64,000 bases of DNA from Candidatus Binatia bacterium (GCA_963666515.2 OY762897.2:1120001-1184000), one strand, 5' to 3'; counted from the stretch's first letter, positions 27,622 through 37,483 are shown. Notes: generated from the sequence alone by a model not told the origin. A program made the numbers and translations.

Positions 27622-27768
27622 ATGGGTCAGGCTGTTGAAGTGACGTGTCCGAAATGCCCTGAGAAGTTCGTGGTGAACCCGCACATGCTGGGTTCCGGCA
27701 TGCTGTTCCACTGTCCCTTCTGTGACGTTTATTTCCCCGAGGAAGAAAGCCCCAGGATCTGGAAATAG
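27622..27768 (+). CDS. Small zinc-ribbon protein (48 aa), probable UbiD partner
   Basis: AAGGAGG RBS; MGQAVEVTCPKCPEKFVVNPHMLGSGMLFHCPFCDVYFPEEESPRIWK*, CxxC-X18-CxxC. Below the ORF-track length cutoff. Confidence 0.8.
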   Translation: MGQAVEVTCPKCPEKFVVNPHMLGSGMLFHCPFCDVYFPEEESPRIWK

Positions 27769-27870
27769 GAGGCCTCGTCGCGGCACGACTTTTTCGACCT
27801 TGGGCGCCTCTTCGGTTTCCGTGAGGCGCTGGAGCGCGTTGAGGCCGCGGCGGCGCCCGAGGCCGTCCTC

Positions 27871-28737
27871 GTGGCCGGTCCGGACCGCATCGGAGGCGGC
27901 CGGGTAGGCATTCTTCCGGGCTCCTTCAATCCGCCCACCATCGCCCACACCGACCTGGCCGCCGCCGCCAAGCGCCGGTTCGAGTTGGACTGCGTCGTAT
28001 ATTCCCTGAGCAGCGTCATCGTCGACAAGGAGCGGGTGGAAGGCCTCTGCCGCGAGGACCGGCTGCTCTTGCTGTCGCTGCTCGCCCGCGACCACCCGTG
28101 GCTGGAGGTGGCGGTGGTGAACCGCGGGCTGTACTCCGAACAGGCGCCGGGGTTTCGCGCGAGATTCGGCGGCGACCCGGACCTCCGGTTCATCGTCGGC
28201 ATGGACAAGGTGCTGCAGATCTTCGATCCGAAATACTACGATGACCGTGAGCGGGCGCTGGACGCCCTGTTCGCCCACGTGCGGCTCGTGGCCGCCAACC
28301 GCGAGGATTGGGGCGCCGCCGAGCTGCGGGCGCTGCTGGACCAACCCGCCAACACACCCTACCGCGACTGCGTCGAACCCTTGACGCTTGCCGCCCACCT
28401 GAAGGACCAGTCCTCGAGCGCGGTGCGGCGCGGCGTCGAGGGGGGGGCGTCCTGGGACGGCGACGTTCCCGAGGTGGTCCAGGCATTCGTCGCCGCCACG
28501 GGCGCGTTCCGGGACCCCTATGACCTGCGGGTGGCGGCCATCGATACGCTGTATCCCGTGCGGCAATGGGCGGGAACGGAGGTCTCGCTTGAGACCTTGC
28601 TGGCCCGGGCGGCGGAACCAGGTGAGGTCGGGGAGCCGGTGCGCAGTCTGTTGCACACCCGGATGGCCCCGCAGGCTCTCAAGGACCGCCTCCGAGACCT
28701 CGGTCTGACGCGCTCGGGTGGGCTCAGAAGGCCGTGA
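27871..28737 (+). CDS. Nucleotidyltransferase, NadD/NMNAT-like (start uncertain)
   Basis: LPGSFNPPTIAH, FIVGMDK...PKYY, SSSAVR; the frame is open back to 27769. Confidence 0.75.
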   Translation: MAGPDRIGGGRVGILPGSFNPPTIAHTDLAAAAKRRFELDCVVYSLSSVIVDKERVEGLCREDRLLLLSLLARDHPWLEVAVVNRGLYSEQAPGFRARFGGDPDLRFIVGMDKVLQIFDPKYYDDRERALDALFAHVRLVAANREDWGAAELRALLDQPANTPYRDCVEPLTLAAHLKDQSSSAVRRGVEGGASWDGDVPEVVQAFVAATGAFRDPYDLRVAAIDTLYPVRQWAGTEVSLETLLARAAEPGEVGEPVRSLLHTRMAPQALKDRLRDLGLTRSGGLRRP

Positions 28738-29578
28738 TCGGCTGTTCCCCCTCCATGATGTAGCAGACGGGCATCTCCTCGGCGTTGTGGGCGTATCCGA
28801 CCGCGCCGGACCGGTCCGCCAGGATGACACCGCCCCGGCCGCCGGTTTCGCGCGCCAGCAGCGCCACGGCCTGACGGGCCGCTTCCCCGGGCCCGATTCC
28901 CGACTCCAGCAGATCCAGCGACGTCCTGGCCAGCAATACCTTGATGATGGCCTCGCCCTCTCCGGTGCACGAAGCGGCGCCCGCGGGATTGGCGTAGGTG
29001 CCGCAGCCGATGAGCGGGCTGTCGCCGACGCGGCCGGGAAGCTTGCCCATGATCCCGCCGGTGGAGGTGCCGGCGGCGATGCGGCCTTGCCGGTCCACCG
29101 CCACGCAACCCACCGTGCCGTGGCTCTCTTCCCAGCGTTCCTGTTGGTCAGCGGTGACGAGGGTTTCGGGAGGGACCGGAGGAATTTCCGCCTGCCGGGC
29201 GAAATCGCGGGCTCCCGGTCCCGCCAGCAACACGTGGCGGCCGTCCTCCAGCACCTTTCGCGCGAGCCGGATGGGATTGCGGATCCCCGAGACCGCGGCT
29301 ACCGCCCCGGCCTGAAGGTCGCCGGACATCAGCGCGGCGTCCATCTCCACCTTCCCGTCCCGATTCAGCGACGATCCGGTGCCGGCGTTGAAGAGCGGGT
29401 CGTCCTCCAGCGCCGCCACCGCGGCTTCCACGGCGTCCAGCGCCGGCCCCCCGGCCTGAACGACCTTCCATCCGACAAGGGCGGCCTCCCTGCATCCGGC
29501 GAGCCGCGCCTCCCGCCGCTCTCCGGAGCCGCGGCCGGCGCCGCCGTGGACGATGATGGCGGGTCGATGACTCACCAT
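28724..29578 (-). CDS. iaaA: Isoaspartyl peptidase/L-asparaginase (Ntn hydrolase)
   Basis: IIVHGGAG, FNAG, GTVGCVA, TSTGG, GRVGDSP, TGEGE. Confidence 0.9.
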   Translation of the reverse strand: MVSHRPAIIVHGGAGRGSGERREARLAGCREAALVGWKVVQAGGPALDAVEAAVAALEDDPLFNAGTGSSLNRDGKVEMDAALMSGDLQAGAVAAVSGIRNPIRLARKVLEDGRHVLLAGPGARDFARQAEIPPVPPETLVTADQQERWEESHGTVGCVAVDRQGRIAAGTSTGGIMGKLPGRVGDSPLIGCGTYANPAGAASCTGEGEAIIKVLLARTSLDLLESGIGPGEAARQAVALLARETGGRGGVILADRSGAVGYAHNAEEMPVCYIMEGEQPITAF

Positions 29579-30645
29579 GCCGCCAGCTCCCCGCCGTGGC
29601 CGGCGGTGATGTGTCCCAGGTCGTAGCGCGGGCCGTCCGCGGTATACCCGCCGAGCACCGGGTCCTCCGCGAGCAGCATGGGGGTGTCGAGGTCGATCCA
29701 CCGGAAGGCGCCGGTGCCCGCGGCCAGATGCGCGCTGAACCCCATGGCCAGACGCGTCTCCACCATGCCGCCGATCATGAGGCCGAGGCCGGAGGCGCGG
29801 GCGATGGCGATGATCTCCAGGGCCTGCGCCACGCCGCACTTGGCCACCTTGATGTTGATGACGTGGGCGAGGCGGTCCCGGGCGATGTGCGCGGCGTCCG
29901 CGGAAGAGCGGCAGGATTCATCGGCGGCCACGGGCACGCCTGCTTCGCGCACCAAGCGGGCCTGTCCGTCCCAGTCTTCGCGCGGGAGCGGCTGCTCCAG
30001 AAGAGCCGGTTCCAGCGCCTTGCGGCGAAGGGTCTGCAGCACCTCGATGGTCTGCGGCACGTCATAGCCCTCGTTGGCGTCGAGGATGAGGTCGCTCGTG
30101 GGGTGGCCTTCACGGATGGCCTTGATGCGCTCGATGTCGGCGTCCACGTCCGCGCCGACCTTGGTCTTGAGGGTGACGAAACCCCGGCCCCGATACTCGG
30201 CGGCGAGCCGGCGGGCTTCTTCAGCCGCGCAGATGGGGATCGTGATGTCGGTGACGACGCGGTCGGCGGCGCCGCCGAAGAATGTGAGGAGGGGGATGTT
30301 CCAGTTGCGCGCGAGGGCGTCGAACAATGCCATCTCCATGCCGGCACGCACCGTCGGCGTCGCCGGCAGGCTGCCGGCCAGCTCTTCCACCAGCGGCCGC
30401 CACCGCCCCGCGTCCCGCCCGGTCCATGCCTCCGCCGCCTGCCGCGTTGCCTCCAGCGCCGTGTCCTGGTCCTCCGGCGTCACCGTGGGCAGGGTCGGGA
30501 TCTCGCCCCAGCCGCTGGCGCCGCCGTCGAGGTCGAGCCGCACGGCGACGTTGCGCACCGCATCCAGCCGGGTTCCGGCGATGGTGAAGGGAGCCTTGAG
30601 CGACGCGTTCAGGACGCGTGCTTCGATGCGGGTGATCTGCGGCAA
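29572..30645 (-). CDS. Dipeptide (L-Ala-D/L-Glu) epimerase, enolase superfamily
   Basis: KTKVG, DANEG, EQP, ADES, NIKVAKCG, DLD. Confidence 0.88.
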   Translation of the reverse strand: MPQITRIEARVLNASLKAPFTIAGTRLDAVRNVAVRLDLDGGASGWGEIPTLPTVTPEDQDTALEATRQAAEAWTGRDAGRWRPLVEELAGSLPATPTVRAGMEMALFDALARNWNIPLLTFFGGAADRVVTDITIPICAAEEARRLAAEYRGRGFVTLKTKVGADVDADIERIKAIREGHPTSDLILDANEGYDVPQTIEVLQTLRRKALEPALLEQPLPREDWDGQARLVREAGVPVAADESCRSSADAAHIARDRLAHVINIKVAKCGVAQALEIIAIARASGLGLMIGGMVETRLAMGFSAHLAAGTGAFRWIDLDTPMLLAEDPVLGGYTADGPRYDLGHITAGHGGELAAW

Positions 30646-30821
30646 GGTCGGTTTTCCCGGAAGACGACGCGCTTGCGAATGGATTACGACAGGACACTAG
30701 CGCGAATGCGCGAAATAGACCAGCGGGGCGCGTCTGTCGTCGCTTCATCCGGTTCGATCTGCTACGTTTCCGGCAAGGTGCGCCGGGCGCGCGCCGTCAA
30801 GGTCCTGAAGGAGGGTTGGAC

Positions 30822-31619
30822 ATGATATCCGAAGTCGAGTTCGCTCCGGGCAAGAAGGGCTTTCTGGCAAGAGCGGGGGAGAACGGCCGCGCACCGGTCG
30901 TGGTCCAGCTCCACGAGCGCTACGGCATCGTCCAGCACACCACGGACATCGCCGAACGGCTGGCCGCGAACGGCTACGTGACCCTGGCCCCCGACATGTT
31001 CTCGCGGTTCACCGGGGATCGGGAGGCTCTCGCCGCAGGCGACGTGGGCGTGGGTATCCGCGACGACGAGGCGCTGGTGGACCTGGACGAGTGCATCACC
31101 TACCTGCGGGGCCTGGACTACGTGGACGGCGACCGCATCGCGGTGATGGGGGTGTGCCAGACCGGGCGCCAGCCGCTGCTGGCCGCGGCCCACCGGGACG
31201 ACCTGCGCTGCGCCGTGGTGTTCTACGGCGGCATCTACCAGCGGGACTGGGAGCCTCACGAGGAACGCCCGACCCCGGTGGGCGAGTTCATCAGGCGGTT
31301 GTCCTGCCCGGTGCTGGGGGTGTTCGGCGACAACGACCACATCATCTCGGTGGACGACGTGCTGCGCTTCCGGCGCGCGCTGGAGGAGTCCTGGAAGAGC
31401 TACTCCATCCGCATCTTCCGGGACGCCCCTCACGGCTGGCTCAACGACACCATGCCCGGCCGCTACCGGCCCGAGGCCTCCGAAGCGGCCTGGACGCTGC
31501 TGTTCCGGTTCCTCAAGGAGCACCTCGACGGGGACGGAAACGGGCCGCGGGTAGCATGGGAATTCGAGGGCGACGTCCCGCGGGACTACGACTTCTCGAA
31601 GATGGTGAGGCTCGCCTGA
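30822..31619 (+). CDS. Dienelactone hydrolase family protein
   Basis: HERYG, GVCQTG (Cys nucleophile), GDND, APHGW. Confidence 0.85.
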   Translation: MISEVEFAPGKKGFLARAGENGRAPVVVQLHERYGIVQHTTDIAERLAANGYVTLAPDMFSRFTGDREALAAGDVGVGIRDDEALVDLDECITYLRGLDYVDGDRIAVMGVCQTGRQPLLAAAHRDDLRCAVVFYGGIYQRDWEPHEERPTPVGEFIRRLSCPVLGVFGDNDHIISVDDVLRFRRALEESWKSYSIRIFRDAPHGWLNDTMPGRYRPEASEAAWTLLFRFLKEHLDGDGNGPRVAWEFEGDVPRDYDFSKMVRLA

Positions 31620-31693
31620 CGCGGCGCCGCGCCCGGATGCTCGTGGATTGGATTCACAAGGATTATCACTTACATTGGCGGTGTCGGGGAGTC

Positions 31694-32311
31694 ATGGGGC
31701 AAACACTTGCGGAGAAGAAGGGGGCGCGCGGAAGTTCCACGCGCCGGTGGCTCTCCACGGTCCTGGTGGCGGCGGCTTGCCTCGCGTCGACGGCAGCGGC
31801 GGCCGAGGGTCCCCGGCGCGAGATCGAGAAGGCATTGCGGCTCGGCGTCTCGATCCTCGGCGATCCGAAGCTGGGAGAGGAGGCCAGATTCGACCGCCTT
31901 CGGGCCGCGGTCCTGCCGCTCTTCGACTTTCCCGAGATGGCCCGCCGGTCGCTGGGCGCCCACTGGCGCCGCCGGACCCCGGAGCAGCGCGAAGAGTTCA
32001 CCCGGATCTTCACCCGGTTGCTGGAACGGACCTACGCGAGCCGCATCGCCTCGTACAACGGCCAGCGGATGCACTTCGTCCGCGAAGAGGTCGACGGCCG
32101 TTTCGCCCAGGTCGATACCAGGATCGTGGACCGGGCGGGACGCCGGTTCGACGTCGCCTACCGCCTGCACCGCGTCGGCGGCCGGGGCGAATGGCGTATC
32201 TATGACATCGTCATCGAGAACATCAGCCTGGTCAACAACTATCGTGCGCAGTTCAGCCGGGTGATCAGCCGAACCTCCTACGAAGCCCTGCTGGCGAAGC
32301 TGCGAGGCTGA
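31694..32311 (+). CDS. mlaC: MlaC/Ttg2D phospholipid-binding protein
   Basis: FDFPEMARRSLG..W, WRIYDIVIENISLVNNYRAQF. Confidence 0.88.
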   Translation: MGQTLAEKKGARGSSTRRWLSTVLVAAACLASTAAAAEGPRREIEKALRLGVSILGDPKLGEEARFDRLRAAVLPLFDFPEMARRSLGAHWRRRTPEQREEFTRIFTRLLERTYASRIASYNGQRMHFVREEVDGRFAQVDTRIVDRAGRRFDVAYRLHRVGGRGEWRIYDIVIENISLVNNYRAQFSRVISRTSYEALLAKLRG

Positions 32312-32342
32312 CCCGCCGCGCGCCGAGGTGCACCGAGGGTAC

Positions 32343-33083
32343 ATGCAGGAAAAGCGAACTCCCAGAAGAGCCTCCACCATCGTCCTCGCGCGACCCGCGG
32401 CAGACGGCGCCTTCGAGATCTTCATGACCCGCCGGCCCCAGGAGATGCGTTTCCTGGGAGGGTTCTTCGTGTTCCCCGGCGGCAGCGTCAAGCGTTCGGA
32501 CGCCGCTCCCGCCATGCTGGCGCTGTGCCGCGGTCTTTCGCCCGAGGACGCCCGCGCCCGGCTGGGAGACGAGTTGGGCGCCGAGGACGCCATCGGTCAC
32601 TGGGTGGCCGCGGTCCGGGAGCTGTACGAGGAGGTCGGCGTGCTCCTGTGCCTGAACCGGGACGGCGGCGCGGTGATGGCGGAGGAGACGCGGGAACGCT
32701 TGGCCGCCAAGCGCGCGTCCCTGTTGAGCGGTGACGTGAGTTTTCCGGACCTGCTGGCGTCCGAGGAGCTTTTCTGCGACCTCGGCAGTCCGGTCTACTT
32801 CTACCACCGGGTCACCCCGGAGCGGTACGCCATGCGGTTCGACACCAGGTTCTTCCTGGCCGCGCTGCCGGAGGGGCAGGCGCCGCTGGCGGTATCGGAA
32901 GAGGTGACCGAGAGCCTCTGGCTCACTCCCGAGGAGGGACTGAAACGGGCCGAGCGCGGACGGATGGCCATCATCCCGCCGACCCTGAACACCCTGCGCA
33001 CCCTGGCGGACCTCGGTACGTGGGAGGCTCTGTGCCGCGGCTTCGCGTTGCCCGGCGGACGGAAGGAGCAATCGACATCATGA
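32343..33083 (+). CDS. NUDIX hydrolase (NUDT19-like)
   Basis: VFPGG, AAVRELYEEVGV, RFDTRFF, PPT. Confidence 0.85.
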   Translation: MQEKRTPRRASTIVLARPAADGAFEIFMTRRPQEMRFLGGFFVFPGGSVKRSDAAPAMLALCRGLSPEDARARLGDELGAEDAIGHWVAAVRELYEEVGVLLCLNRDGGAVMAEETRERLAAKRASLLSGDVSFPDLLASEELFCDLGSPVYFYHRVTPERYAMRFDTRFFLAALPEGQAPLAVSEEVTESLWLTPEEGLKRAERGRMAIIPPTLNTLRTLADLGTWEALCRGFALPGGRKEQSTS

Positions 33084-34726
33084 GAACGGTGGACGTGATC
33101 GCCCATATCCTGAAGCGTGAGGGGATCCCGTACCTGAGCGCGTTCCCGACCTCGACGTTGATCGAGGCGGCCGCGGAGGTCGGCATTCGTCCCATCATCT
33201 GCCGGCAGGAACGGGTGGGGGTGGGGATCGCCGACGGCTACAGCCGGGTCAACAACGGCAGGCCGCCGGGGGTGTTCGCCATGCAGTTCGGCCCCGGCGC
33301 CGAGAACGCCTACGCCGGCGTCGCCACGGCCTTCTCCGACGCCGTGCCGATGCTGCTGCTGCCGCTGGGACACACCCGTGACCGGGACGGTGTGTTCCCC
33401 CAGTTCAGCTCGCTACGGAACTACGCGCCCGTCACCAAGTTCATCGAGCAGGTCACCACCGCGGACCGGGTGGTCGATACCATGCGGCGGGCCTTCGCGA
33501 GGCTCAAGATGGGCCGTCCGGGCCCGGTGATGGTGGAGATACCAGCCGACGTGGCGGGAGAGCAACTCGACGCGGGCGTGATCGAAGCCTACCGGCCGGT
33601 GAAGACGGCGGTGGCCGCGGCGGACCCCGCCGCGGTCATGGCCGCGGCCAGGGCCCTGCTCGACGCCCGGGATCCCGTGATCCACGCCGGCCAGGGCGTG
33701 CTTTACGCCGGGGCCGCGCCCGAGCTGCTGGAGCTGGCGGAACTCGCCTGCGTCCCGGTGGCCACCACCATGGGAGGCAAGAGCGCGTTTCCCGAGGCGC
33801 ATCCGCTGTCGCTGGGCAGCGCCTCCGGGGTCATGAACCGGCCCGTGTACCATTTCCTGAAGAAGGCCGACTTGGTCTTCGCGGTGGGCACGAGCCTCAC
33901 CCGCCATCCCATGACCACGCCCATTCCCCGGGACAAGACGTTCGTGCAGGTTACCGACGATCCCATCGACATCGGCAAGAACTATGATGTCGACCATCCC
34001 GTCATCGGTGACGCCAGGCTGGTGCTGCGGCAGTTCGTCGAGGCGGTCCGGGAGCTGTTGAACGGCGCCTCCCGGAGCGAGCGCTCGCCGGCCGCGGAGA
34101 TCGCCTCCTTGCGGGCGGCGTGGCTGCAGGAGTGGAACGCGAAGCTCGCGTCCGACGAGGTGCCGATCAACCCCTACCGGGTGATCTCGGAGTTCATGAA
34201 GGCCGTGGATCCGGCCGAGGCCATCGTGACCCACGATTCCGGCAGTCCCCGGGACCAGATCATGCCGTTCTACCGGTCCGCGGGACCGCGTTCCTACCTG
34301 GGCTGGGGCAAGTCCCACGGCCTGGGTACCGGCCTGGGGTTGAACCTGGGGGCCAAGCTGGCGGCGCCCGACAAGTTCGTGGTCAACTTCATGGGAGACG
34401 CCGCCTTCGGCATGACCGGCCTGGACTTCGAGACCGCGGTGCGGTCGGATCTCCCCATTCTGACCATCGTGCTCAACAATTCCACCATGGCGGTGGAGAC
34501 TCGCCACATGGCGCTGTCGCACGAACGCTACGGCACCCGGGACCTCGGCGGCCACTACGCCGACATGGCCCGGGCCATGGGAGGCTGGGCCGAGCGGGTG
34601 GAGGACCCCGCGGCCGTGGGCGACGCCATCCTCAGGGCGCGGCGGGCAACGGAGGAGGGCAAGGCGGCCCTGCTGGAGTTCATCACCAGTTCGGAGATCG
34701 AGTATTCCCACAAGGGCGCTTTCTAG
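33080..34726 (+). CDS. Thiamine-diphosphate-dependent enzyme, acetolactate-synthase-like family
   Basis: RQERVG, GPGAEN, GRPGPV, GDAAFG...NNS ThDP motif. Confidence 0.9.
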   Translation: MRTVDVIAHILKREGIPYLSAFPTSTLIEAAAEVGIRPIICRQERVGVGIADGYSRVNNGRPPGVFAMQFGPGAENAYAGVATAFSDAVPMLLLPLGHTRDRDGVFPQFSSLRNYAPVTKFIEQVTTADRVVDTMRRAFARLKMGRPGPVMVEIPADVAGEQLDAGVIEAYRPVKTAVAAADPAAVMAAARALLDARDPVIHAGQGVLYAGAAPELLELAELACVPVATTMGGKSAFPEAHPLSLGSASGVMNRPVYHFLKKADLVFAVGTSLTRHPMTTPIPRDKTFVQVTDDPIDIGKNYDVDHPVIGDARLVLRQFVEAVRELLNGASRSERSPAAEIASLRAAWLQEWNAKLASDEVPINPYRVISEFMKAVDPAEAIVTHDSGSPRDQIMPFYRSAGPRSYLGWGKSHGLGTGLGLNLGAKLAAPDKFVVNFMGDAAFGMTGLDFETAVRSDLPILTIVLNNSTMAVETRHMALSHERYGTRDLGGHYADMARAMGGWAERVEDPAAVGDAILRARRATEEGKAALLEFITSSEIEYSHKGAF

Positions 34727-34792
34727 TGTCCCGTATCAAGGCCGGAGGCTCGCGCGCGGGCGCGGGGGCCTCCGGGACGTGAAGAGGATTCC

Positions 34793-37483
34793 ATGCGAAA
34801 ATCCATCGGTCTGATCCTGCTCGGCGCTTTTCTGCTGTTCTCGCTCCTGGGCGAGGCCATCTATCTCTACACGGACTATCTCTGGTTCGGCGAGATCGGC
34901 TATGCCGGCGTGTTCACCAAGACGCTGTGGATCAAGGTCCTGCTGGGCGTGATCTCGGGCGTGCTGTTCTTTGCGCTCTTCTACGTCAACATCAAGCTCG
35001 CGGCCCGGCTCCGTGAGGGCGTCGTCCCGCTCAAGAGCACGAATCCGGAGGTTCCGGGACCCGAGGAGCTGGACCCGCTGATCAGGCGGCTGCTGCTGCC
35101 GGTGGCCCTGGTCCTGGGATTCCTGGCCGCGCCTCAGGCGGCCATGCACTGGGAGTCGGCGCTGCTGTACTTCAACGGCTCGCCGTTCGGCATCCAGGAC
35201 CCGCTGCTGGGCAAGGACATCGGCTTCTACCTCTTCCGCCTTCCGGCTTTCGACGCGATCTACCGCTGGTTCCTGGTGTCGCTGGGTCTCATGCTCGTGG
35301 CCACGGCCTTCGTTTACCTGCTGTACGGCGGCATCCAGTACGGCGAGGACGGGCTGTCCGTCCACGCCGCCGCAAAGGTCCATCTGTCGATCCTGCTGGC
35401 GCTGCTGCTCCTGGTGCAGAGCGGAGGCTACCTGCTGGACGCCTACAAGCTGCTGTACTCGCACAACGGGGTGGTGTTCGGCGCCGGCTACACCGACATC
35501 CACGCCCGGCTTCCCGCGCTGCGGGTGCTGGCGGTTCTGGCCGTGGTCGCCGCCGGGCTCTGCCTGTGGCAGATGCGCCGTCCCGGACTCAGGCTTCTCT
35601 TCATCGGGGTCGGGGGGCTGGCGGCCGTTCACGCCATCGGCATGTTCGCCTACCCGTCCTTCCTGCAGCAGTTCCACGTGGTTCCCAACGAGCTGGTGGC
35701 CGAGACGCCCTACATCGAGCGCAACATCCGCTCCACCCGCCACGCCTACGGCCTCGACCGGGTGGAGGCCCAGGAGTTCCCGGTCAGCGAAATGCTGACT
35801 GCCGCCGACCTCCAGGAGAACGACGCCACGGTCAAGAACATCCGGCTGTGGAACTATCTGCCGCTGCTGTCCACCTATGCCCAGTTGCAGCAGATACGCA
35901 CCTACTACGAGTTCGTGGACGTGGACACGGCCCGCTACAAGATCGGCGATTCCTACCGGCAGGTGATGCTCTCGGCCAGGGAGCTGTCCCACGAGCAGCT
36001 TCCCAGCCGCATCTGGATCAACGAGCACCTGGTGTACACCCATGGCTACGGGGTGGTCTTCAGCCCCGTGAACCAGATCAGCAAGGAGGGCCTGCCCGAG
36101 TTCTTCGTCAAGGACATCCCGCCGGTGTCCGACGGCTTCGTCAAGGTGACCCGGCCGGAGATCTACTTCGGCGAGGTGGCCAACGACTACGTGTTCGTCA
36201 AGACGCAAGCGCAGGAGCTGGACTATCCGGCCGGCGACCAGAACATCTACACCACCTACGAGGGTGAGGGCGGCGTGCCGTTGCGGTCGTTCTGGCGCAA
36301 GCTGCTGTATTCGGCCCGTTTCGCGACCTTGCGGATATCCCTCTCCAACGACATCACGCCGGAGAGCCGCATTCTCTACTACCGCAAGATACAGGACCGG
36401 GTGCAGAAGCTGGCGCCGTTCCTGGACTTCGACGAGGACCCGTACCTGGTGGTCACTCCGGAGGGCCGGATCTTCTGGATCATCGACGGCTACACCACCT
36501 CCGACCGCTATCCGTACTCCGAGCCCACTGAAGGGGTCGGCAACTACATCCGCAACTCGGTCAAGACGGTGGTGGACGCCTACAACGGCACCGTGGACTT
36601 CTACATCGCCGATGCCGGCGACCCGGTGGTGAGGGCCTATGCCAACGGTTTCCCGGGCCTGTTCAAGCCGATGGAGGCCATGCCGGAAGCGTTGCGCACG
36701 CACGTGCGCTATCCCCAGGACCTGTTCAAGGTGCAGGCGCGGATGTACGCCACCTACCACATGCGGGACCCGCAGGTCTTCTACAACAAGGAGGACCTGC
36801 TGAGCATTCCCATGCGCAAGGTGGGCGAGGAAGAGCTGGAGATGGAACCCTACTACACCATCATGCGCCTGCCCGGAGAGGATAGCGAGGAGTTCGTCCT
36901 GCTGCTGCCCTTCACTCCCAACAACCGCGACAACATGAGGGCATGGCTCGCCGCCCGGAGCGACGGCACCCACTACGGCAAGCTGCTGGCGCTCAACTTC
37001 CCCAAGGCCCGGCTCGTCTACGGCCCCAAACAGGTCGACGCCCGCATCGACCAGGATGCGTTCATCTCGCAGCAGTTGAGCCTGTGGGGCCAGCGGGGCT
37101 CCCAGGTGATCCGCGGCAGCCTGCTGGCGATTCCCATCCAGGACTCGCTGCTCTACGTCCAGTCCCTCTACCTGGCCGCGGAGCAGGGCTCTTTGCCGGA
37201 GCTCAAGCGGGTGGTGGCGGTGTTCGGCAACCGCATCGCCATGCGTGAGAACCTCGATGACGCGTTGCGCGAGCTGTTCGGCGACACCGTGGAGGGCACG
37301 GTGGCGGCGGCGCCGGCGGTTCAGGCCGCGGCCTCGAAGGAAGACGCCGGCGATCCGGCCGCGCGCGCCCTGGAACACTACCGGCGTTCGGTGGAGATGC
37401 TCCGGGCGGGAGACTGGGCCGGGTTCGGGGACGCGCTACGCCGGCTCGAGCAGTCGCTGCAGGCCCTGCAGGCGACGCCCTAG
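34793..37483 (+). CDS. UPF0182 family membrane protein
   Basis: TDYLWF, DIGFYLF, NIRLW, YTHGYG, PEIYFGE, NYIRNSVK, RYPQDLF. Confidence 0.93.
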   Translation: MRKSIGLILLGAFLLFSLLGEAIYLYTDYLWFGEIGYAGVFTKTLWIKVLLGVISGVLFFALFYVNIKLAARLREGVVPLKSTNPEVPGPEELDPLIRRLLLPVALVLGFLAAPQAAMHWESALLYFNGSPFGIQDPLLGKDIGFYLFRLPAFDAIYRWFLVSLGLMLVATAFVYLLYGGIQYGEDGLSVHAAAKVHLSILLALLLLVQSGGYLLDAYKLLYSHNGVVFGAGYTDIHARLPALRVLAVLAVVAAGLCLWQMRRPGLRLLFIGVGGLAAVHAIGMFAYPSFLQQFHVVPNELVAETPYIERNIRSTRHAYGLDRVEAQEFPVSEMLTAADLQENDATVKNIRLWNYLPLLSTYAQLQQIRTYYEFVDVDTARYKIGDSYRQVMLSARELSHEQLPSRIWINEHLVYTHGYGVVFSPVNQISKEGLPEFFVKDIPPVSDGFVKVTRPEIYFGEVANDYVFVKTQAQELDYPAGDQNIYTTYEGEGGVPLRSFWRKLLYSARFATLRISLSNDITPESRILYYRKIQDRVQKLAPFLDFDEDPYLVVTPEGRIFWIIDGYTTSDRYPYSEPTEGVGNYIRNSVKTVVDAYNGTVDFYIADAGDPVVRAYANGFPGLFKPMEAMPEALRTHVRYPQDLFKVQARMYATYHMRDPQVFYNKEDLLSIPMRKVGEEELEMEPYYTIMRLPGEDSEEFVLLLPFTPNNRDNMRAWLAARSDGTHYGKLLALNFPKARLVYGPKQVDARIDQDAFISQQLSLWGQRGSQVIRGSLLAIPIQDSLLYVQSLYLAAEQGSLPELKRVVAVFGNRIAMRENLDDALRELFGDTVEGTVAAAPAVQAAASKEDAGDPAARALEHYRRSVEMLRAGDWAGFGDALRRLEQSLQALQATP

